From Candidatus Dojkabacteria bacterium (GTDB lineage: Bacteria > Patescibacteriota > Dojkabacteria > SC72), in assembly GCA_012513575.1 (NCBI GenBank), contig JAAZBX010000015.1, positions 1 to 36,960 of the forward strand: DNA of 36,960 nucleotides, written 5' to 3'. Below are positions 9,968 to 18,238 of the stretch, piece after piece. A program made the translations under genes and the position numbers. Below the pieces are notes generated by a model that saw nothing but the letters and a program-made list of their open reading frames with translations, was not told the origin of the DNA and did no database searches. How positions within the stretch are numbered: position 1 is the stretch's first letter; the number at the start of each line of letters is the position of its first letter.

Positions 9968-10966
9968 ATGAAACAACTAATAGAAATAATAATAGTTGCT
10001 TTTTTCATTTTCATGTTAATTAAAGGTTCGGATCTCTTAATGACGTCTGCTGTTGAGATTGCAGAGAAATTTAAGTTAAGTAAAATGGCAATTGCTTCTA
10101 CTTTGGTGGCAATTGGAACAGGGTTGCCTTCAATTGCCGTAAACATGACCTATGTTCTAATGGGGCCAGATTACCATGATGCTATTGTGGGGAGTGCAAT
10201 GGGAACAAATTTTTTAAATATTGGAATCGGGTTAGGAATTCCAGCAATAATTCTACCACTTAAGATTAAATATGAAGTTTTTGAAAAAGAAATTCCTCTC
10301 TTTTTAGCTATTTGTATGTTACTTGGAGTTTTTCTAATTGATGGGAATATTTCAAGATTGGAAGGTATGATCCTCCTGGTTGTTTATGCACTGACACTCT
10401 ACATAATTTATCAGTATTCTCAGAGGGAGAAGCTGTTAAGGATTGACCTAAAAGAAGTTGAGTTAAATACAAGTACGATTTCTAATACCCCAATAAATTA
10501 TGAAAGCAATTTTAAAATTCTCTCAAGGTTACTTCTAGGTTTTTTACTTTTAATCACTTCAGCTGTTGCTGTTGTATATATGACTCCTATTCTCTCAAGA
10601 GATTTCGGCATATCACAGTATTTATTAGGCTCAACAATTGTAGCTATCGGACCATCGATCCCAATGGTTTTTACTTCGATACGATCAGCTACACAGGGGT
10701 ATACAGATATAATTGTTGGGAACGTATTTGGAGGCACAATTGCCAATATTGCCCTAGGGATAGGATTGGTTACTGTCGTTAAACCACTTTCCGTAAGTAA
10801 CGAAGCTATTTCAGATGTATATTTTTTTGCAATAATGGTTGCTGTAATGTTGTTAATTCTTCTTCCTGAGCTTAAACCCTTAGGGAAAAGTAAGATTCTG
10901 AACAGGGTCTCTGGGGTGATTATTGTTATTTTTTATATTGTTTATTTGGTGGAGAAATTCATTTAA
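9968..10966 (+). CDS. Ca2+/cation antiporter (CaCA, YrbG-like) with atypical alpha-repeats
   Basis: Two 5-TM repeats; GSTIVAIG and GNVFGGTIANI resemble YrbG, but the alpha motifs read GTGLPS and GPSIPM instead of GTSLPE. Confidence 0.85.
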   Translation: MKQLIEIIIVAFFIFMLIKGSDLLMTSAVEIAEKFKLSKMAIASTLVAIGTGLPSIAVNMTYVLMGPDYHDAIVGSAMGTNFLNIGIGLGIPAIILPLKIKYEVFEKEIPLFLAICMLLGVFLIDGNISRLEGMILLVVYALTLYIIYQYSQREKLLRIDLKEVELNTSTISNTPINYESNFKILSRLLLGFLLLITSAVAVVYMTPILSRDFGISQYLLGSTIVAIGPSIPMVFTSIRSATQGYTDIIVGNVFGGTIANIALGIGLVTVVKPLSVSNEAISDVYFFAIMVAVMLLILLPELKPLGKSKILNRVSGVIIVIFYIVYLVEKFI

Positions 10967-10983
10967 TTTTCAGTCTGATTCTT

Positions 10984-11247
10984 CTAATTCCTAATATTTC
11001 TTAATTGTTCACTTATTTTCTCGAAAACCATTTTTAATAACTGATTATTTGGATCAATTGGTAAAATACTATCTAAAATAAATTCTAGATCTTCTTCAGA
11101 AACGGATATCGTCTTAATTTCATCAGTATTTTCATTAGCATCCTGTAGCTTAGAATATAGTAAACCCTCTTTAGGAATAGCTGTTACTAACATTTTAAAT
11201 AATTCGTCAAACTCATCTTTCTTTAATTCTAATATCCCCCTGTACAT
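10984..11247 (-). CDS. Small acidic hypothetical protein
   Basis: 87-aa ORF filling the gap between neighbours; ATG start with TGA-TAAGAT 6 nt upstream. Confidence 0.7.
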   Translation of the reverse strand: MYRGILELKKDEFDELFKMLVTAIPKEGLLYSKLQDANENTDEIKTISVSEEDLEFILDSILPIDPNNQLLKMVFEKISEQLRNIRN

Positions 11248-11304
11248 AATTAAATCTTATCATTTTAAAGTAAAAAGAGAAATGAAGGACATTTAAGAAA
11301 GTTA

Positions 11305-12057
11305 TTATTTTCTAAACCTATGCCCAATTTCAATTCTTTTTCTCAAAAAATCTTTTTTATCAAGAAAGCAAATCTCAATTTCTGTACCTTTTCTTAGAAC
11401 TAACTCATTACCATCGTCTAAATCTCCTCCATATATATTTGTAAGAAAAATCTGACTTCCATCACTTCTAATGGAAACCTCCTCAAAAGGAATAATGTCG
11501 TTAATATATCGATTAGTAACAACGCCTGTAATGGAGAGGAAATCGGAATTTAAAGGCAATATTCTACCATTATTGTTGTAATTAAATGCTGTAGAACCAA
11601 TTGGAGTACTTATGCATAAACCTGAACCTTTTAATTTAAAATCTGAGAAATCTCCAGACTTTGTAGAAATTGAAAAGGAATGATAATCCATTATCTTGTT
11701 GCCAAGTATTACATCATTCACAGATTCTCCAATCTTTTTCTCGTTAAGATAGGCAACAATAGCATTTGATTTAAATGTCTCAAATTTGATTTCATCATTG
11801 ATTAATCTGTTTAGAAAACTTTCGTCATCATCTATCTTATTCATAAGGAAGTTGAAAGTTCCCATAGCTTTGCCAATATAAGGAATTTTATGATCTATCG
11901 TCTCTTGAATGGCATGCAACATGGCACCATCTCCTCCTGCCACTAGGTATAATTCAGGGTCTTTTTCATCGAATAATTGGGGGAATTTCTCAACGATTAA
12001 ATTCCTAAATGAATCGACCCTTTTATCATTAATATTTGAGAGAAACTTAATTTTCAT
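11305..12057 (-). CDS. nadK: NAD(+) kinase family protein
   Basis: GGDG motif, GTFNFL, VND and GLCISTPIGSTAF motifs; abuts the uvrB stop. Confidence 0.8.
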   Translation of the reverse strand: MKIKFLSNINDKRVDSFRNLIVEKFPQLFDEKDPELYLVAGGDGAMLHAIQETIDHKIPYIGKAMGTFNFLMNKIDDDESFLNRLINDEIKFETFKSNAIVAYLNEKKIGESVNDVILGNKIMDYHSFSISTKSGDFSDFKLKGSGLCISTPIGSTAFNYNNNGRILPLNSDFLSITGVVTNRYINDIIPFEEVSIRSDGSQIFLTNIYGGDLDDGNELVLRKGTEIEICFLDKKDFLRKRIEIGHRFRK

Positions 12058-14022
12058 CTAATTAATACTCATTTTAATTTCTTTTATTTGATCTCTAATT
12101 GCAGCTGCTTTCTCAAAATCAAGTTTATCTGCAAGAATAAGCATCTCTTTTTGCAAATCTTTTATTAATAATTTTTTCTGTTTAATATCCATCTTCTCAA
12201 TATCCATTTCGATATCTTCTTGATCTTTTTCTGTCTCTACTAATTTCCCCCTTATCTCCTTGCTAACGCTTCGTGGTGTTATGTTGAATTTTAAGTTGTA
12301 TTCCTCTTGGTAACTTCTTCTTCTCTTAGTCTCTTCAAGCGCAAATTTCATACTTTCAGTTATTACGTCAGCATACATAATTACGCGCCCTTCTACATGT
12401 CTTGCAGCTCTTCCGATGGTTTGAATTAAGCTTGTTCTGGATCTGAGGAAACCTTCTTTGTCTGCATCAAGGATAATGACTAAAGACACTTCGGGTAAAT
12501 CAATTCCTTCTCTAAGAAGATTAATACCAACAACAACATCATACTCTCCTAGTCTCAAATCTCTTAAAATATCAACCCTTTCGATTGTATCAATATCTGA
12601 ATGAAGGTACTGAACCTTGATATCAATATCCTTGAGGTAATCAGTTAAATCTTCTGCAAATCTTTTTGTTAATGTTGTGATAAGTACTCTTTGTCCTTTT
12701 TGAATGTTGTTTCTTACTTCGTTAATTACATCATCAATTTGGTTTTTTGTTGGCCTAACTTCAACAGATGGATCCAAAAGTCCAGTGGGTCGAGTTAATA
12801 GCTCTGTAATGCAGTTATTACTATCCTCTATCTCCCAATTTGAGGGTGTGGCAGAAATGTAGAGAGTATCTCCTTGCTTCTTTCTAAATTCTTCAAAATT
12901 AAGAGGTCTATTATCTCGTGCAGTTGGAAGTCTAAAACCGTATTCAATCAAATTATCCTTTCTGACCTTATCTCCATTGTACATTCCTCCAATTTGAGGA
13001 ATAGTAATATGTGATTCATCGATAAAAAGTAAATAGTCAGATGGAAAGTAGTCCATTAATGTATATGGAGGTTGACCGGGTTTTCTTCCATCAAAATAAA
13101 TACTGTAATTTTCCATACTCTTGCAGTAACCAACTTCAGTAAGCATTTCTAAATCATAATAGGTTTTCTGTTCAAGCCTTCTAGCTTCAAGCTCCTTCCC
13201 AATATTTTTTAGAAATGAAACACGTGTCTCTAAATCCTCTTTAATATTTTTTACGGCATTCAAAATTGTTTCTTTTGAATATACCAATGAGGTAGCTGGA
13301 TATATTAAAATCTCATTGAGACCCTTAATTTTTCTTTTTGAGATAGGCTCAACCAAACTAATTCCCTCAACTATATTACCAAAAAGTTCAATTCTAATTG
13401 AGGATTCTTCGTAAGGAGGGTAAATTTCAATAATATCACCGTTAATTCTGAATACACCGTTTGTAAAATCAAAAGAATCTCTCTCGTATCTCATACTAAT
13501 TAATTCCAATGAAATATCAGAAAGATTGATTTTTTGACCTAAATAAAAGGAAATAGCTTTGTTTTCATAGTTTTCAGGTTGTCCAATATTGTAAATACAA
13601 GATACAGACGCAACTACAATGGTATCCCTTCTTGTTAAAGCAGAATTCATTGCCCCAAACCTTAAATTCTCAATCTCTTTGTTTACTTCTGACTCCTTTT
13701 CAATATATAAATCTCTTGCTGGGATATACGCTTCGGGTTGGTAGTAATCATAGTAAGATACAAAGTATTTAACGGAATTTTCAGGAAAAAACTCTTTAAA
13801 TTCTTCATACAATTGAGCTGCTAAAGTTTTGTTGTGGGAAATAATTAATGAAGGGCGGTTTAATCTTTCTATGAGATTTGCCATGACAAAAGTTTTTCCA
13901 GATCCAGTTACTCCAAGGAGTGTTTGTTTTTGATTGGAAGACATTTTATTAATAATATTTTTCACTGCTTCTTCCTGATCTGGAGAATTCTTGTATTTTG
14001 AAACTAACTTAAAATAGTCCAT
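12058..14022 (-). CDS. uvrB: Excinuclease ABC subunit B
   Basis: LGVTGSGKTF, HNKTLAAQLY, FVSYYDYYQPEAY, DESH, GINLLREGIDLPEV, QTIGRAAR, C-terminal UVR domain. ATG 14022 preferred because ATG 14028 directly abuts the -10 box. Confidence 0.98.
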   Translation of the reverse strand: MDYFKLVSKYKNSPDQEEAVKNIINKMSSNQKQTLLGVTGSGKTFVMANLIERLNRPSLIISHNKTLAAQLYEEFKEFFPENSVKYFVSYYDYYQPEAYIPARDLYIEKESEVNKEIENLRFGAMNSALTRRDTIVVASVSCIYNIGQPENYENKAISFYLGQKINLSDISLELISMRYERDSFDFTNGVFRINGDIIEIYPPYEESSIRIELFGNIVEGISLVEPISKRKIKGLNEILIYPATSLVYSKETILNAVKNIKEDLETRVSFLKNIGKELEARRLEQKTYYDLEMLTEVGYCKSMENYSIYFDGRKPGQPPYTLMDYFPSDYLLFIDESHITIPQIGGMYNGDKVRKDNLIEYGFRLPTARDNRPLNFEEFRKKQGDTLYISATPSNWEIEDSNNCITELLTRPTGLLDPSVEVRPTKNQIDDVINEVRNNIQKGQRVLITTLTKRFAEDLTDYLKDIDIKVQYLHSDIDTIERVDILRDLRLGEYDVVVGINLLREGIDLPEVSLVIILDADKEGFLRSRTSLIQTIGRAARHVEGRVIMYADVITESMKFALEETKRRRSYQEEYNLKFNITPRSVSKEIRGKLVETEKDQEDIEMDIEKMDIKQKKLLIKDLQKEMLILADKLDFEKAAAIRDQIKEIKMSIN

Positions 14023-14064
14023 CCCCATATTCTAGCAGATATGATAATGTGTTAGAATGTCCTA
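14023..14064. promoter_or_regulatory. Back-to-back extended -10 promoters for uvrB and mutL
   Basis: Minus strand TGC-TAGAAT-6 nt-ATG (uvrB); plus strand TGT-TAGAAT-6 nt-ATG (mutL), within a 42-bp gap. Confidence 0.6.
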
Positions 14065-15909
14065 ATGAATAGAGTTAAACTTAACAGATTATCAGAAGAG
14101 GTAGTTCGCCAAATAGCTGCAGGTGAAGTTGTAGAGAGACCTGCATCAGTGGTTAAGGAGTTAATAGATAATTCAATTGATGCTAAAGCTTCCAAAATTT
14201 CATTAAAAATTGATAATGGAGGAATAGATATGATTGAAGTTTCTGACAATGGTATTGGAATACCAAAAGAGAATTTCAAGGGCATTTTTGAGGCTCATAC
14301 GACCTCAAAATTACAAAGCATTGAGGATTTGAATAACCTTTTAAGTATGGGATTCCGAGGGGAAGCTCTTTCAACCATTTCGTCCATTTCTAAGGTATCA
14401 GCAGAATCAAGATATGAAGATGATGAAATTGGGAGTAAAATATTTTTTGATGAAGAGGGGAAAATTCAAATAGCTGCATTTCCAAAAGAAGAGGGTACTT
14501 CAATTAGAATTAAAGATATTTTTTTTAATGTCCCAGCAAGGAGAAAGTATCTTAAGACACCTAATACTGAATACAGAAAAATATTTGAACTTCTCACGAG
14601 ATATTTCTTGATTTATCCAAACATATCTTTTGAAGTCATTAAAGATGGGAAAAGAATTGCTTCCCTTCCAAGCCTAACAAACACAAAAGCAGGAGAAATT
14701 GTTGATGAGAGGCTAAATAAGGTTTTGGGAGGAGATATTAAAGATTCTATGCTTGAAATCAAATATGAAGGAAATGGACTTTCAATCTCTGGCTATATTT
14801 CTCATCCTAACAAGCATTCGAAGGCAACAAAAAATCAATATATTTTTGTAAATAACAGGGGAATTACTGACAGGGGAATTACAAGAGCCGTTATGGAGGG
14901 ATTTTCACGATATATCCCATTTAATCAGAAAATTGATTTTATCTTAAATCTCATAATTAATCCTGACCTAGTCGATGTAAATGTTCATCCAAGAAAAGAG
15001 GAAGTTAGATTCGAGAATCCATATCGGGTCTACTCTGCAATCGAAGAAGCAGTAAAGCATTCACTTGAAAAAAATTTGTCATATAGGAATACTGATTTCC
15101 ATAATGCTAACCAAAATAGTCAAATCGATTTCGTATCAGCACGAGAAAGATATAATCAAGGGAATCCCTCTGGTGGTAAAATATCTTCCGAAGATAGTGA
15201 TTACAAAATTAGAAACAATTATGTTTCAAACAAAGCATCGGCAGTAAGAGACAGTATAGTATTTTCTAAAGAGTTGTTTTCAGAGCTACCATCTGTAGAA
15301 GATTTTAAACAAAAAGAATTTACTTCGACAAGAGAATTTCGAAATATTTTTCAGGTCTTCAATAAATATATAGTGATTGAATATCAAGATCCTATCTTAT
15401 GGATTGTAGATCAACATGCAGCGGCTGAGAGAATAAACTTTGAAAAGCTTAAATTTAGAGAATTAAATAGTAAAAACATTCAAAAATTACTTATCCCAGA
15501 AACAGTCAATTTCTCTCCTGCTCAAACGCTTCTTCTAAAAGAGAATAAAGATTTTTTTAAGGAACTCGGCTTTAGTTATAACATTGAAAAAGATGGAATT
15601 ATACTTGAGTCGATTCCAACTGAATATTCTGTAGCTAATTTCAGAGATATCTTTATGGAGATTTTTGAACTTGAAGAGGATATTAATAACCTGAAAAAGA
15701 ACTTTGAGAAAAAGAAAGATGATATATTAGCAACAATATCTTGTCATGGAAGTGTAAGGTCTGGCCAGAAACTTCATCAGGAGGAAATGATTGAAATAAT
15801 AAATGAATTAAAACAATGTAAAAACCCATATAGTTGTCCTCACGGAAGACCAATTGTATGGGAGCTTAAATTATCTGAGATTGATTCTCATTTCGAAAGG
15901 ACATATTGA
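14065..15909 (+). CDS. mutL: DNA mismatch repair endonuclease MutL
   Basis: IAAGEVVERPASVVKELIDNSIDA, GFRGEAL, DVNVHPRK, endonuclease motif DQHAAAERINFE, SCH and CPHGRP. Confidence 0.98.
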   Translation: MNRVKLNRLSEEVVRQIAAGEVVERPASVVKELIDNSIDAKASKISLKIDNGGIDMIEVSDNGIGIPKENFKGIFEAHTTSKLQSIEDLNNLLSMGFRGEALSTISSISKVSAESRYEDDEIGSKIFFDEEGKIQIAAFPKEEGTSIRIKDIFFNVPARRKYLKTPNTEYRKIFELLTRYFLIYPNISFEVIKDGKRIASLPSLTNTKAGEIVDERLNKVLGGDIKDSMLEIKYEGNGLSISGYISHPNKHSKATKNQYIFVNNRGITDRGITRAVMEGFSRYIPFNQKIDFILNLIINPDLVDVNVHPRKEEVRFENPYRVYSAIEEAVKHSLEKNLSYRNTDFHNANQNSQIDFVSARERYNQGNPSGGKISSEDSDYKIRNNYVSNKASAVRDSIVFSKELFSELPSVEDFKQKEFTSTREFRNIFQVFNKYIVIEYQDPILWIVDQHAAAERINFEKLKFRELNSKNIQKLLIPETVNFSPAQTLLLKENKDFFKELGFSYNIEKDGIILESIPTEYSVANFRDIFMEIFELEEDINNLKKNFEKKKDDILATISCHGSVRSGQKLHQEEMIEIINELKQCKNPYSCPHGRPIVWELKLSEIDSHFERTY

Positions 15910-17162
15910 TGAGTATTTTTATTGGTTCATTACCTAATAATAATGAAGATGATAGACTCCTTGCAAAAGAAATTGTTAAGGATGAGAACTTCTCAAAAGG
16001 TAGTTTGAAAAAATTAGGTAGCTATTTTCAGAATGAGTATTCTAGGCATGAGATTTTTCTTTTTAATAAAGGTAGAGAAGGACTATTTACTATCTTAAAA
16101 TCGATTAATATTGAAAGTGGTGATGAGGTTATAGTACAACCATTTACCTGTATCGCTGTAGTTGCCCCAATTCTTTGGGTGAAGGCAAAGCCTGTATATG
16201 TAGATATAGAATTAGGAACCTTCAACATAGATTTGGAGAAATTAAAGGAATCTATTACTGACAGTACAAGGGCTATTATTTTACAGCACACTTTTGGAAA
16301 TCTTGTAGATGTCTCAAAAGCAAGAGAAATTGTTAAAGAAATTAATAGCAAAAGGAATAAAGATAGGAAGATTGTAATAATTGAAGACTGTGCTCATTTT
16401 TACACGACCCAATTTAAAGTTGGTCAGTATTCTGATTTTCTTCTTTTTAGTTTCGCTCAGGACAAAGCTTTAAGCTGTACACAAGGAGCAATGATTGCAA
16501 TTCCTAAAAATTCAATATATCTATCAAAATTTAAAACTCTATATAAGGAAGTAAGGGAATTATCAATCACAGAAGCGAAATACAACGCTCGATATATTCT
16601 TCTCTGGTCACTCATTAAAAAATATTATTACTCAATAAATATTCCCTTTTTGCACTTCAGCTTAGGGAAACTTTTACTAATGATTTTTAGAATTTCAAAC
16701 TTGATAAAAAAACAAGCATCCTTAATTTCTCTTCATCCCGAAGATGCATTCAAAATGTCTGATATTCAGGCCACTCTCCTTCTTGCTCAAATTGATAGAA
16801 TTGAATCTCTAAACGAACACAGAGAGCATATTACAGAGCTGTACTTACAAGGGTTAAAAGAGGAATTCCGTTTTCAAACAAACAATCATTCGCTATTAAG
16901 ATACCCTTTATTAATTGGGAATAAAGATCAAATTAAGAAAGAGCTTAAAAAGGAAAAGATAATAATTGGAAGCTGGTACACAACCCCTGTTTTCCCACTC
17001 TTGGAAAGTCAGCTTCAATTAGCTGGATATGTAAAAGGTTCATGTCCTATTGCTGAACATTGTTGCGAAAATATTATTAATTTACCAACAAATATTGAAG
17101 TTACAGATGAAATGGCCCGTAAAATTATATGGATTATTAACTCCAAAGCTATTAAAATATAA
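15909..17162 (+). CDS. DegT/DnrJ/EryC1/StrS family PLP-dependent aminotransferase
   Basis: GDEVIVQPFTC, PVYVDI, IIEDCAH, SFAQDK (PLP lysine), CPIAE..INLP; ATG overlaps the mutL stop (TGATG). Confidence 0.9.
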   Translation: MSIFIGSLPNNNEDDRLLAKEIVKDENFSKGSLKKLGSYFQNEYSRHEIFLFNKGREGLFTILKSINIESGDEVIVQPFTCIAVVAPILWVKAKPVYVDIELGTFNIDLEKLKESITDSTRAIILQHTFGNLVDVSKAREIVKEINSKRNKDRKIVIIEDCAHFYTTQFKVGQYSDFLLFSFAQDKALSCTQGAMIAIPKNSIYLSKFKTLYKEVRELSITEAKYNARYILLWSLIKKYYYSINIPFLHFSLGKLLLMIFRISNLIKKQASLISLHPEDAFKMSDIQATLLLAQIDRIESLNEHREHITELYLQGLKEEFRFQTNNHSLLRYPLLIGNKDQIKKELKKEKIIIGSWYTTPVFPLLESQLQLAGYVKGSCPIAEHCCENIINLPTNIEVTDEMARKIIWIINSKAIKI

Positions 17163-17178
17163 ACTTATATAAACAAAT

Positions 17179-18237
17179 ATGGAATTAGAATTTAAAGAAA
17201 TAGAAGACAATCAAGTTTGGGATAACTATGTTTTTCAAATGCCTGAATATTCCTTTTTAAATAGTAGTGCAAGATATGAATATAATAAAAAGATTGGTAT
17301 AGAGACATTTAGATATGCAATATTTAATGGAGATATATTTAGAGGAGTTCTTACAGGAAATATTGGGTCATCAAAACTTTTTGGAAGATTTCTTGAATTT
17401 AAACATTCCCCACTTTTGATTGGGTTTGAGGAAGAAGAATGGAAACAGGTAATTAAGTTTGCGATGCAATATACTATTGATAGAAAATGTTTTATGTTTA
17501 GATTCTCTCCTTTGGTTGTAGAAGATCCTAGGATTGAGGAAATATATAAAAAATATCATTTTATTAAAGCACCTATTCACAATGTTGACGCTCTTATCTC
17601 CCAGCAGATAGATTTAACAAAAAATATTGAGGATCTAAAAAAAGATATGAGTAAAACGAGGAGAAATCTTCTCAACAGATTGTTAGAGAATAATGATGTT
17701 TCAGTAAAAATTCATAAAGACAAGAGTGCTTTTGTCCCTTTTGAGAAATTTCATGATGAAACGGTTAATTTTAAGGGTTATGTAGATAAACCTACAAAAC
17801 TACTCATGCAGGAGCTAGAAATACAGCAAGAGAAAAATATGTGCTATATGGTTACAGCCTATTATAAAGGGGAGCCTTTCTCTATTTGGCAAAATACTGT
17901 TTACGGAGAGAATATGCATCTATATCAAGCAGGAGCTTCAACTGATTTTAGGTTAAAGAATCTTATTGTTACTACTTTGCTTTATTGGAAAAGCTTAGAA
18001 TTAGGTCAGAGTCTTGGATTAAAGAAATACGATTTGTTTGGTGGGGTAGTTCCTGATATGTACGAGAACAAGAGACATCCCTGGAGAGGTGTAAGTGAGT
18101 TTAAGAGAAGTTTAGGCGGTAGAAAGGTCACATATATGCACAGTAGAGATTACCCTATTAACAAAGTAAAATATTTCGCTTATTACATATATTCTACACT
18201 TAGAACTCGTCTCAAAGGACATACCACAAATTGGTAA
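17179..18237 (+). CDS. FemABX-family aminoacyltransferase (lipid II:glycine glycyltransferase-like)
   Basis: WDNYV..SFLNS, IDLTKNIEDL..MSKTRRN, YQAGAS, YDLFG, GVSEFKRSLGG. Confidence 0.88.
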   Translation: MELEFKEIEDNQVWDNYVFQMPEYSFLNSSARYEYNKKIGIETFRYAIFNGDIFRGVLTGNIGSSKLFGRFLEFKHSPLLIGFEEEEWKQVIKFAMQYTIDRKCFMFRFSPLVVEDPRIEEIYKKYHFIKAPIHNVDALISQQIDLTKNIEDLKKDMSKTRRNLLNRLLENNDVSVKIHKDKSAFVPFEKFHDETVNFKGYVDKPTKLLMQELEIQQEKNMCYMVTAYYKGEPFSIWQNTVYGENMHLYQAGASTDFRLKNLIVTTLLYWKSLELGQSLGLKKYDLFGGVVPDMYENKRHPWRGVSEFKRSLGGRKVTYMHSRDYPINKVKYFAYYIYSTLRTRLKGHTTNW

Positions 18238-18238
18238 T

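Noticed and set aside
9919-10146. 75-aa minus-strand ORF
   Set aside because: Antisense to the antiporter gene and tRNA-Gln; its tail (AGHGFEP) is just the tRNA T-arm read backwards.
14855-14882. Direct repeat ACAGGGGAATTAC twice in mutL
   Set aside because: In-frame 15-nt period (NRGIT/DRGIT) inside a normal MutL segment; two copies only, not a CRISPR or phase-variation tract.
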